The notes beneath the pieces were generated by a model that saw only the letters and a list, made by a program, of their open reading frames with translations, was not told where the DNA came from and did not search any database. From the human T2T-CHM13v2.0 reference genome, Homo sapiens: a DNA stretch of 64,000 nucleotides. The translations under genes were made by a program, and so were the position numbers. The stretch lies in assembly GCF_009914755.1 (NCBI RefSeq), contig NC_060936.1. One strand, 5' to 3'. Shown in pieces: positions 37,046 through 49,357 of this stretch (position 1 is its first letter; each line of letters starts with the position of its first letter).

Positions 37046-38095
37046 TATAGTTAGCAGGCATTATTTTATATTCAGAAATTTTTATTTTAGGAAAAGATGA
37101 AATACAGGATATTTATTGTAGCTTTCTGGGCATTAGTCTCAATCCTAATGCCTATAATCCTGGTGTTAGAATCAACTCTGTTTTTAAATGTTGAAAACAT
37201 CTGGAAACCATCATGGTGCTCTTTTTTATTATTATAAATAATATTAAACTATACATTATCCTGAGTGCAATATGAAATAGAGGAGTCAAAACCACATGGA
37301 ATTAATATTTATTGTTTGTTTTCAAAGGTGTATCAGGGGAACCCTAAGACAGCAGAGAAGGGAACTCTTTAGGATGAAGGTAAATTACTTACAACACAAC
37401 AAAATCAAGTATGATTTTCTCTGAGGGAATTGTGGAAAAGAGATAGGATTAAGGAAGTTTGAGGATTTGCTCTTCTCAAAGGCGACTCACCACGTTTAGT
37501 TGGCAGGGTACCCAGCAGAGTGATACATTTTCACTAATGTGTATAGAGGAAAGATGGAAGAACCCCAATCAGTGCAACTGATGGATGTCTTTTCTTTTTC
37601 TTTCTTTTGTTTTTTTTTTAACTTAAGAGCTCTGCCCACAAATTTTACTTACAATCTGGAAGACATTTCTAAGCATTGGATTTGTAGAAAGACATAGAGG
37701 TTTAATACAGAAGCTTGTTAATTAAGATTATCATTTTGTTTTTTTCCTAGATTCCATGACAATAGTTTTTCCTCACTGGTACATGACTATAGAATATATG
37801 GGCTTTCTCCTCAATGACTTGACCCTGGATTTCTATAGGCTCTAACTAGAGCTCTTGATTCCTTCTATTTCCCTCGTCTCTTGATAATATTGACATTATC
37901 CTCCTCTAAACCCCAGTACACTCCAAACCCTAATGCAAAGTGTGAAATAAGCAGAATTTCTCTTAAGCGCCTAGTTTTGCAACTCAGCATTTCTTCCCCT
38001 TGGCCTCTCCAAACTCTTTAACTGTAGAATTTTATCCCCCAAATTCTATACCATATCTTACTAAACGGCGAAAGGAGGCCCACAGTTGGTTGGCA

Positions 38096-38125
38096 GGTTT
38101 GGTTTGGTTTGGTTTGGTTTGGTTT
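38096..38125. repeat. (GGTTT)6 pentanucleotide repeat
   Basis: Direct reading. Confidence 0.9.
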
Positions 38126-39428
38126 TCATGGAAAGTATTCCTTTTTTCTTTTCTTTTCTCCTTTATTTTTGTTTTCTTAGTTGAATCAATATTTAAAAAA
38201 CACCATATTCTGCATTTAAAAAGTTCTCTGAATTGGGTAAAAATAAGTGAGCAATAAAATGGGAAATGTGTCATCACTGGTCCCAGATTTTGAACTAGCA
38301 ATAATTGCATGATGCTGAGTAGAAATGATTCCCTTTATGTGGACAAGCTCAACGGAGTCCCCATTACTCTCTCTTGTCTAGCATCCATCCATTGTGTGCA
38401 TATGTGTAAGTATTTGGTACTTAAAAAAATTTAATTTTGTGACACTTTGCCATATTTCCACCCACTTTTCAAAACATTCCTTTTTCAAAAATAGTAAGGG
38501 ACTCAGAAAAAGGACAACATCTTGATTCTTCTGTTTGTATTCTTCTCCTAGATCACATGTTTAGGCTATAGGAAGAAACACTAAACTCTGTATATTTCAG
38601 ATTCAATGAAGGTTATTAAGTTATGGACCTTTTATGAAGTCTATTGAGTTCTTGAAGTCAATCTTGTAAGAGACTATCTTCTGTGCATGTAAAGTGGTCA
38701 AAAAATCAAGTTTCCATTTACTGCCACTTCTTAAAGTCTGAAAACCAGAAAGTGAAATTTGAGGAGAGTTTCTTGGATTTTAACTTCTTTGCCTACCTGT
38801 TCTGTTAACTCATCTTTCCATACTAAAAATTATATCCCGCGCATTTGAACCCTTAAGTGTGCTCATATCTTTCTCTGCCTAACTCAGAAGAATAGATATA
38901 CTTTCAAGTATATCTTCATGTTAAATAAAATCTAAGAGATCCATGATTTTGACTTATTTGGTAAACTTATACTTTTATATTCTTTAATTGGATTAGGTAC
39001 CCTAGGAAATAACAGTTTCTTTTTGAAGTCAGCTTTTGATATAGAAATATTTAATGCATAAGTAGTAACTTTTCAAGTTGCATGAGTCAGTCACTGTTTA
39101 GATTTGAATTTCTATAACCTGTTCAGTTTTAGAAATTTCTTTTGCCTTTAATTGCTTTGCCTTGAGTGTGGCAGGCAACCTCAGTGAAGTCAATAACTTC
39201 TTATTGTAGAGCTGCATCTTAATGTAACCTTTTAAAAGACATTTTAATTGGTAGTTAAATTACAATTTTAAGTTAAATTATAGTATCGTTTGAAGTCATA
39301 GAAACAATTCAATTCAATTCATTTATAAATAACACAAGGCCAAGTCTATACAATGTAGTGACCTGAAAGTCATAATTTACCCCTAAACATGGTAACTGGA
39401 CATTTTTAAATCAATTATAAAATGTGAC

Positions 39429-39731
39429 TTTTTGTTTGTTTGTTTGTTTGAGATAGAGTTTCACTCTTGTCATCCAGGCTGGAGTGCAGTAGAATGATCT
39501 TAGCTCACTGCAACCTCTGCCTCCCAGGTTCTAGAGATTTTCTTGCCTCAGCCTCCTGAGTAGCTAGGATTACAGGTGTGCACCACCATGCCCAGTTATT
39601 TTTTGTATTTTTAGTAGAGACAGGGTTTCACCACGTTGGTCAGATGGCCCTCAAATTCCCGACCTCAAGTGATATGCCCACCTCAGCCTCCCAAAGTGCT
39701 AGGATTCAGATGTGAGACACCAGATGTGGCC
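39429..39731 (-). mobile_element. AluS (Sq/Sp-like)
   Basis: Full dimer in antisense with a (TTTG)n tail and gtttcactcttgt; diverged TSD caattataaaatgtgac / aaattataaattgtgtc. Confidence 0.93.
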
Positions 39732-39884
39732 CAAATTATAAATTGTGTCTTAATTTTTAAAGTATTCAACAATTTTAGAACTGTTAAAGTGTAGAAAACA
39801 TCCATCTTAGAACTGAGTTCATGTGGAAATTTTTCACTCTCCATTTTATAGTGTATTTGTTACAATTGATGGTTTTGGAGACAG

Positions 39885-40095
39885 CTGGGGCACTGGCTTT
39901 TAATTCTGGCTCTATTTCTTTCCACCTGTGCTCTAGATATTTGCTTTCCTTGGGCTTAAATTGCCTCATTTTTAAAATAGAGGAGTAATAATATGTCTGA
40001 AGATTAACTAAAATAATATATTAAAGTAATTTTTATATTTAAATACTTTTATATTAAAAATATTCAGCACAGAGTAGGTTACAAACAAAAAATAA
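39885..40095 (+). mobile_element. MIR
   Basis: taattctggctct...gggcttaaattgcctcatttttaaaatagaggagtaataata...cagcacagagtagg. Confidence 0.6.
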
Positions 40096-40354
40096 TTATT
40101 GTATTTTTCAAACTTAATTTAAGATAAACTTTAAAAAATTAACTTGGTAATTAAAAAGTAAACATTTTCTATTAAAAGCTTTAAAGGACAATTTTTTCTT
40201 CTCAAAGATAAAGTTATAGCTTTCTGTAATCGTGACTACTAGTCACATATTGCCTCTGTCCAGTACAAGTTCTCCTGGAATCAGAATATTTATTTTAGGA
40301 AAAAAAGCAAAAACAGGGCATTGCCATTTCCAGAAGGATAAACTTGTGGTTATG

Positions 40355-42098
40355 TGATATGGTTTGGCTGTGTCCCTACCCAAATCTCATCTTAAATTGT
40401 AGTTCCCATAATCCCCACATGTGGTGGGAAGGACCCAGTGGGAGGTAATTAAATCACTGGGGGCAGTTTCCCTCATGCTAGTCTCATGATAGTAAGTTCT
40501 CATGAGATCTGATGGTTTTGTAAGAAGCTTCCCCCTTTCCTCAACTCTAATTCTTCTCCTTCCTGCCACCATGTGAAGAATAACATGTTTGCTTCCCTTT
40601 CCACCATGATTGTAAGTTTCCTGTAGCCTCCCCAGCCATTTGGAATTGTGAATCAATTAAACCTCTTTCCTTTATAAATTAAGCAGTCTTGGATTCCTTT
40701 TCATAGCATTGTAAGAACAGATTAATACAGTAAATTGGTACCACAGAGAGTGGTCACTGCTGTAAAGATACCCAAAGATGTGGAAGCAACTTTGGAACTG
40801 GGTAACAGGCAGAGGTTGGAACAGTTTGGATGGCTCAGAAGAGGAAAATGTGGGAAAGTTTGGAACTTCCTAGAGATTTGTTGAATGACTTTGACCAAAA
40901 TGCTGATAGTGATATGGACAATGATGTCCAGGCTGAGAGGGTCCCAGATAGAGATGAGAAACTTGTTGGAAACTGGAGTAAAGGTCACTCTTGCTATGCA
41001 AAGAGACTGGCAGCATTTTGTTCCTGCCGTAGAAGAGAGCTGTGGAACTTTGAACTTGAGAGAGATGACTTAGGGTATCTGGCAGAAGAAATTTCTAAGC
41101 AGCAAAGCATTCAAGAGGAGGCAGAACATAGAAGTTTGGAAATTTTGCAGCCAGAAAATGTGTCAGAAAAGAAAACTTCATTTTCTGGAAAGAAATTCAA
41201 GCCAGCTGAGGAAATTTGAATAAGTAACGAGGAGCCAAATGTTAATCACCAAGACAATGGGGAAAATGTCTCCAGGGCATGTAAGAGACATTTGCAGCAT
41301 CCCTCCAATCACAGGCCCAGAGGACTAGGAGGCCTGGGCCAGGACCCCGCTGCTGTGTGTAGCCTTGAGACTGTGTCCCAGTCATCCCAGCCATGATAAA
41401 AGGGGCCAAGGTACATGGGACATGGAGTCAAAGGAGATCATTTTGGAACTTCAAGGTTTAATAACTGCCCTATTGGATTTTGGACTTGCATGGGGCCTAT
41501 AGTCCCTTTGTTTTGGCCAATTTCTCCCATTTGAAATGGGTGTATTTGCCCAATTCCTGTAACCTCCTTGTATCTGGTAAGTAGCTAACTTGGTTTTGAT
41601 TTTACAGGCTCATTGGCAGAAGGGACTTGCCTTGTCTCAGATGAGGCTTTGGACTTGGACTTGAGTTAATGCTGGAATGAGCTAAGACTTTGGGGGACTC
41701 TTGGAAAGGCATGATTGTGATTTGAAATGTGAGGACATGAGATTTGGGAGAGGCCAGAGGTGGAATTATATATTTTGGTTGTGTCCCCACCCAAATTTCA
41801 TCTTGAATTATAGTTCCCATAATCCCCACATGTGGTAGGAGGGACCCTGTGGGAGATAGTTGAACCATGGGGGTAGTTTCCCCTATGCTATTCTCATAAT
41901 AGTGAGTAAGTTATCATGAGATCTGATGGTTTTATAAAAGAATTCCCCCTCCACTCAGCTCTCATTCTTCACTGTCTGCCACCCTGTGAAGAGGTGCCTT
42001 TTGCCTTGATTATAAGTTTCCTGAAGCCTCCCCAGTCATATGGAAAATTACCCAATCTTGAGTATTTCTTTATAGCAGTGTAAGAACAGACTAATATA
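40355..42098 (+). mobile_element. THE1 (C/D-type) MaLR with two LTRs and a deleted internal region
   Basis: LTRs at 40355-40729 and 41766-42098; 5-bp TSD TTATG at 40350-40354 and 42099-42103; the internal region starts gtaaattggtacc; ORF 40830 is the MaLR internal remnant (MWESLELPRDLLN). Confidence 0.95.
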
Positions 42099-42253
42099 TT
42101 ATGCTAAAAGTTTCTTTTTAAAAATAAGACAAAAAATGATTTTAAGAATATTAAAGAAGGAGGACGAAGGGGAGGAAGAGAAAGGAGCCACTAAAATATC
42201 TTTATAATTCAAATCCTAAATTACAGTGCCAATTGCTTAATTTTATATCCTAA

Positions 42254-44621
42254 CATGTTCGTCCATTTTTGTGCTACTATAAAGAAATACCTAAAGGCTG
42301 AGTAATTTATAAAAAAAAGAGGTTTAATTGGCTCATATTTCTGCCAACTATTCAAGCTTGGAACCAATATCTGCTAGCTCTTGGCAAAGGCCTCAGGAAG
42401 CTTACAATCATGGCAGAAGGTGAAGCAAGACCAGGCATAACACATGGCAAGAGCAGGAGCAAGAGAGGAAGGAGGGGGAGGCCCATAGTTGTGAACATCA
42501 GGTTTCATGTGAACTAACTCAGTGAGAACTTACTCATCACCCAGAAGGTAGTGCTAAACCATTCATGAAGGATTCACCCCTGGTCTTCCAGATCTCATGT
42601 TCTTCTCACATTTCAAGATGGAATTATGCCTTCACAATAGTGCCCCAAAGTCTTAGCTCATTCCAGCATTAACTCAAAATTCTAAGTTCTTAGTCCAAAT
42701 ATTATCTGGAGATGAGTTTCTTCTGCCTGTGAGACCAAATACAAGTTATTTACTCCCAAGATACAATGGTGGTAGCAGCATTGAGTGGACATTCTCATTC
42801 TAAAAGGGAGAATTTGGTCAAAAGAAAGAGGTAACAGACCCCACAGAAGTCTGAAACTCAGTGAAGCAGACATTAAATCTTAAAGTTCTAAAATAATCTC
42901 CTTTGGCTCCATGTCTCATATACAGGCCACACTGATGCAAGGAATGGTCTCCCAAGGCCTTGGGCAGCTCAGTACCTGTGGCTCTGCAGGGTCCAGACCC
43001 TTTGGATGCTCTCATGGTTAAGAGTTGAATTCCTGTGGCTTTTCCAGGATCAAGGTGCAAACTACCCATAGCTCTACCATTTTGAAGTCGGGAGGGCAGC
43101 TGCCCCCTTCCCATAGCTACACTAGGCAGTGCCCTGGTGAATGCTCTGTTTGGGGGCTCCAACTCCATATTTCCTGTCTGCACCGCCCTAGAATAGTGGT
43201 TCTCTGTGAGGGCTCTGATCCTGTGGCAGGCTTCTACCTGGGTACCCAGGCTTTCTCATATATCCTCTGAAATCTAGAAGGAATCTACCCACACTCCTTT
43301 ATGCTTGCATTCTGTGTGTTGGCAGACTTAACACCATGTGGAAGCCACCAAGACTTATAGCTTGCAACTTCCAGAATGGTGGCCTGTACTGCACATGAAG
43401 CCTTTTGAGCTGTGGCTTCATCTGGAGCAGCTGGGAGAAGGGAACAGTGTCCCAAGTCTTAGCAGGGCAACAGAACCAGGTCTTGGCCCCTGAAACCACT
43501 CTTTTCTTCTAGGCCTCTGGGCCTTTATTGGGAGGAGCTGTCTCCAAGATCTCTGAAATGGCTTCAAGGTCTTTTCCCATTGTTTTGGATATTAGCACTT
43601 GCTTCCCTTTTAGTTAAGCTAATCTCTCTAGCAAGTGGTTGCTCCACAGCCTGCTTGTAGTTCCCTACTGAAAATGTTTTTTCTTTCTGTGCCACATGGC
43701 CAGGCTACAAATTTTTCAAACTTTTATGCTCTTCCTTTTAATTATAAGTTCCAACTTTAAATCATTCCTTTGCTTCCACATTTGATTTAGGTTGTTTAAG
43801 GCAGCCACACCACTTCTTGAATGCTTTTGCTTAGAAATTTCTTCAACAGATACTCTAGGTAATCATCCTTAAGTTCAAACTTTCACAATTCTCCAGGATG
43901 TGGACACAATGCAGCCAATGTATTTGCTAAAGCATAACACAGGTGACTATTGCTCCAGTTCCCAGTAAGTTCCTCATTTCCATTTGAGACTTCATTAGCC
44001 TGGGCTTCACTGTCCATATTTCTCCCAGAATTTTGGTCACATCCACTTAACAAGTCTCTAAGAAGTTTCAAACTTACCCTCATATTCCTGTCTTCTTCTG
44101 ACCCCTCCAGATTCTGCCCATAACATAGTTCCAAAACCACTTCCACAACATCAGATATCTTTATAGCAACAGCCCACTCATTGATACCAATTTTCTCTAC
44201 TGGGACATTTTTGTTATTTTTGCATTGCTGTAAAGAAATACCTGAAGGCTGGGTAATCTATAAGAAAAATGGGTTTAATTGGCTCACAGTTCTGCAGGCT
44301 GCACAAGCAAGGCACCAGCATCTACTCAGCCTCTGGTGAATGCCTCAGGAAGCTTGCAATTATGGTGGAAGATCAATCCGGAGCAGGCACACCACATAGC
44401 AAGAGTGGTAACAAGAAAGGGAGACAGGAGAGGTCCCAGAATTGTAAATATCAGATCTTGTGTGAACTAAATGAGAATTCACTAATCACCAAGGGGATAG
44501 TGCTAAACCATTAATGAGGGAATTACCCTCATGATCCCATCATCTCCTACCAGGCCTACTTCCAACACTGGGAATCACATTTAATATGAATTTGGTTGGG
44601 ACAAGCATCCAAATCAAATCA
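42254..44621 (-). mobile_element. MST (MSTB-like) MaLR with two LTRs and an internal region
   Basis: LTRs at about 42254-42580 (partly deleted) and about 44198-44621; ORFs 43883 and 42818 are MaLR-internal-like. No TSD recognised. Confidence 0.9.
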
Positions 44622-45219
44622 TTTGGATTTTTTAGGTTTTCTTCCTAGGTATGTATAGTTAATTTACTAAAGAGCCAATAAATAAGGAGACTCTTGCCTG
44701 TTTATTCTGAGTACAGTATGACCCACTGAGTATGCAGATAAGTCATGATTGATGTATACCAACCAGACTTAACATACACATGAAGTAAGACTTAGGGTAT
44801 TGTCTATGCTCAGCCAACATAATTTGAAACTGTAAATATAATTTGAAGCTATAATTAAATATTTGAATTCATTGTAATTTAAAATATATTTTAACATGTC
44901 AAAAGATTTAGGAGAACCACAGTGACTTGAATTGAATTGCTTGATGTAGACTAAATAGCAACAAATTTAATATGTAAAAAGCTTATCTAATACTACTAAA
45001 TATGCATCTATTTATTCTGGCAACTTCATTAGGCCTAAAATAGAGCTAGGGTAAATCTTGGACAGCAATAAAGTCTTCTAAAATATAACACCTTGTTTTT
45101 TTGGAAGAATTGTGCTCATCAGCCTCTGCAAAAGATTTCAGGAATTGACAATGAAACTAAATTATTCTGAAAGTGAGGATTCTGTACAAAGACTGTATAT
45201 TTCATATATTTAAGAGGAC

Positions 45220-45440
45220 AAAGTCTAGACCTACCAACCTGATTTCAAATTCCAGTTCTATCTCTTCTTAGCTGTGGGTCCTTGAGCAGGTTATTCAATT
45301 TTCTGTGCCTCAATTTCCTCATTTAAAAAATAGGTGTAGTAGTCCTAATTCATATAGTTTTGGGGAAGACTAAATGAATATAAACTTTTTGAATCAGTGC
45401 TTGTCCATAGTAAGTACTATATGAACGTGAGCAACTATTG
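45220..45440 (+). mobile_element. MIR
   Basis: ttcaaattccagttct...agctgtgggtccttgagcaggtta...ctgtgcctcaatttcctcattt...catagtaagtact. Confidence 0.85.
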
Positions 45441-45529
45441 TAGGTTGTCTAACCACTTTGTTTACTCTCCCAAATACACATGCAGCTATAGAGTAATCTT
45501 CATGCAATTACTTCTTCAAAACTATCTGC

Positions 45530-45865
45530 TGGATAGCAAAACCCTTGCCATCACTCTTGACACGTCCTCATTTCTCAACTACATATCTAATGAATCATCA
45601 AGTTTTGTCAACAGTAATCTTAAAAATAGCAAACCCCTCAATATATCCCCTGCTTTTTATCTCCAAAACCATTCCTGTCCCAGACTTTATACCTGGACAC
45701 CTTAACTCATTGTCAAATGTTCTCCCAGAATCCACACTTGTCCTTATCAGGTTTATTCTCTTCGCTGAAAAGTTACCTTTTCAAACTCCCATCATGCCAT
45801 GGTCACCATTTACTACTCCACAATGACTTACTAATATCCTTATATTCAATAACCAAAATTCTTAA
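45530..45865 (+). mobile_element. L2 fragment (left part, split by L1MA)
   Basis: Diverged L2 3'-region sequence that resumes at about 53487 (gaggccctgcatgagtggcc). Confidence 0.65.
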
Positions 45866-48754
45866 AATTATTTTTAATTGATGAGTAAAATTATATGTGT
45901 TTTTTGGTGTATAGCATGATGTTTTAATACATGTATACATTGCAGAATGGCTAAATCAAGCTACTAATCACATGCATTACCTCCATAACTTACTTTTTTT
46001 GTGATGTTATTGCTTAAAATTTATTGTTAGCAATTTTCAAGTATACCATTATAATATTATTAATGGTAGTCATCATGATATACAATATAACTTTTCAATA
46101 TATTTTTTCTAACTAAAATTTTGTATCCTTTGACCAACAACACCTCCTTAACACCTTCTTTCCGCCAGCCTCTGGTGACCATCATTTTACTTTCTGTTTC
46201 TATGAGTCCAATATTCTTAGATTACACATGTAAGTAAGATCACGCAGTATTGTCTTTCTGTGCCTAATTTATTTCACTTAACATAATGTTCACTGGGTTT
46301 ATCCAAATTGTTACGGATGACAAGAGTTTCATTTTCTTTTTTAAGGCTGAATAGTTTTCCATTGTGTATACATACTGCATTTTCTTTACTCATCCACCAA
46401 TGAACATTTAGGGTGAGTCCATAGATGGGCTGTTGTGAATAATGCTACAATGAATGTGGGAGTGAAGATGTATTTACAAGGTGAAAATTTCATTTGCTTT
46501 GAGTATATACCTAGTAGTGGGTTAGCTAAATCATATGGTAAGTTTCATATTTAATTTTATGAAGAACATCCATGATGTTTTCCATAATGGCTTTACTAAT
46601 TTACATTCTCATTAACAGTGTAAGAGGGTTCCCTTTTTTCTGCATCTTCACCAATACTTGTTCTTTGACTTTTTGGTAAAAGCCATTCTAACAAGTGTGA
46701 GATGACATCTCAATATAGTTTTAATTTGCATGTCCCTGATAGTTAGTGATGCATTATTTTCCTATACCTGTTGGCCATTTGTATGTCTTATTTTGAGAAA
46801 TGTCTATCAGTCTATTTGGACATTAATTTTTTTTTACTATTGAGTTGTTTTAGTTCCTTTTATATTTTGGTATTAACCTCTTTCATATATATGGTTTGCA
46901 AATATATTCTCCCATTTCATAAGTTGTATCTTTACTCTGTTGATGGTTCCCTTGGCTGTACAGAAGCTTTTTATTTCAATGTAATCCATTTGTCTATTTT
47001 TGAATTTGTTGCCTGTACTTTTGGAGTCATATCCTAAAAATCATTGCCCAGACCAATGTTGTAGAGCTTTTCTTATAGTAGTTTTACATTTTCAGATCTT
47101 ATCTTTAAGTATTTAATCATTTTGAATTGATTTTTGTATGTGGTTTGAGATCAGGGTCTATTTTCGGTCCTCTGCACGTGGCTATTCAATTTTCTCAAAA
47201 CAAACTGTCGAAGAAACTGTCCTTTCCCTATTATGTGTTCTTGACAGTTTTGTATAAAATTAATTGACCATGAATACATGGATTTATTTCTGGGCTCTCA
47301 ATTCTGTTTCATTGGCCTATGTGTCTGTTTTTATGTAACTGATACATTGTTTTGATTACTATAGATTTGTGTTATATTTTGAAATCAGGTAGTATGATGT
47401 CTTCAGCTTTTTTATTTTGCTCAAGATTGCTTTGACTATTTGAAATCTTTTGTGGCTCTATACAAATCTCAGGACTTTTTTTTTTTCTATTTCTGTGAAA
47501 AATAACACTGGAGTTTTGATAGAGATTGCATTGAATCTGTAGATTAGTTTGAGATGTATAGACATTTTAATAACACTAATTATTCCAATCCATGAGCACA
47601 GGATAACATTTCATTTATTTGTATCATCTTCAATTTCTTTCATCACTGTTTTATAGCTTTTGGTGTATAGATATTTCACCTTCTTGCTTAAATTTATTCC
47701 TAAGCACCTTACTATTTCTTTGTAGCTATCATAAATAGGATTGCTTTTTTATTTTTTCTTCTGATATTTCATTGTTAGTGGGTAGAAACCCTACTGATTA
47801 TTGTATGTTGATTTTGTATCCTTCAACCTTATTAAATTTGCTTAATAATTCTAACAGTTTTTAGGTAGTCTTAAGGATTTTTTATGTATAAAATTATGTT
47901 GTCTGCAAACAGATAATTTAAATATTTCCTTTTTTGTTGAGATACTTTTTATATCTTTCTCTTGCCTAATTGCTCTGGCTAAATATGGGGTTGTCATATA
48001 TGGCCCTTTTTGTTGTTTTGAGGTGCTTTCTTTCTATAACTAATTTTTGGAGCTTTTTTATCATAAAAGAATGTTGAATTTTATTGAATTCTCTTTGTGC
48101 ATTCATTGATACGAACATGTGGTTTTTTCCTTCATTCTATTAATGTAATGCATCACATTTATGGATTTGAATATGTTGAACTATTCTTGCATCTAGGGAT
48201 ATATTTCACTGGATCATGATGAATTATTCTTTTAATGTGCTGTTGAATACTATTTGCCAGTATTTTGTGAAGGATTTTTGCATCTGTGTTCATCAGGATA
48301 TTGGCCTGTAATTTTATTTTCATGTAGTATTCTTATCTGGATTTGCTATCAGGGCAATTCTGTCCACAAAAACAATGAGTTTGGAAGTGTTCTCACCTCT
48401 TCAATTTTCTTTGAAAAAGTTTGAGAAACATCGTTATTAGTCCTTTTTAAAATATTTAGTATAATTCAGCAGTGAATCCAATAAATCCTAGGCTTTACTT
48501 TGGTGAGAGACTTTTTATTATTGATGCAATCTGCTTGCTCATTATTGATCTGTTCAGATTTTCTATTTCTTTATGATTCCCTAGTATCGATAGGTTGTTG
48601 CTGTCTAGAATTCATCCATTTTCTAGGTTATCCAATTTATTGGCACTAATTGTTCATAGTAGTATCTTATGAGTAGTCTGTATTTCTGTGGAATCAGTAG
48701 CAACGTCTCCTCTTTCATTATTGATTTTATCTATTTGAGTCTTTCCTCTGTTTT

Positions 48755-49093
48755 TTTAAATTTATAAAGAATAGATATATTTCTTACAATTATAAAGGCT
48801 GGAAAGTCCACGGTTGAGGGGCCCACATCTAGTGAGGGTCTTCTTATGTGTCATCCCATGGCTGAAGGGCAAGAAAGTTTGGGAGAGCAAGACAGCATGA
48901 GGAGACTGAACTGGCTTTTATATCAAGCCCATTCTTGCAATAACTAATGCACTTCTGTGATACCGACATTAATCCATCTATGAATCATCTATGTTCTTTC
49001 CTGCCCCAGCTCATTTGCACATGCTGTTTCCCCTTTGGAATAAATTATTCTGCCTACCACCCATTTACCTTCATTAATTTTTCTTTCTTTCTT

Positions 49094-49159
<66 letters not shown>

Positions 49160-49357
49160 TCCTTTCTTTCTTTCATTTGTAGATACAAAAGTAATGTCGT
49201 TTAATATTTTTACAAGAGAGCATTTTAAGAAATTGACCATGACTTAATTTCCTCTTATTAGATCCCCACCTCTTAACACTGTTGCATCAGGGATTAAGTT
49301 TCTAACACATGAACTTTGGAGGACACAAGCAAACCATGGAATCCCACCCCTGGCCCT
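48755..49357 (-). mobile_element. MSTC/MSTD-like MaLR LTR nested in the L1, itself interrupted at 48983-49241
   Basis: aggctggaaagtccacggttgaggggcccacatct...attaatccatctatga | catgacttaatttcctctta...cccacctcttaacactgttgca...aaaccatgg, plus a short internal stub cccacccctggccc. Confidence 0.82.
49079..49174. repeat. (TTTC)n microsatellite
   Basis: Direct reading; lies inside the duplicated segment 48983-49241. Confidence 0.95.

Noticed and set aside
40830-41219. 129-aa ORF, the longest in the window
   Set aside because: Standard decayed MaLR (THE1) internal ORF with a TTG/alternative start and no sign of exaptation.
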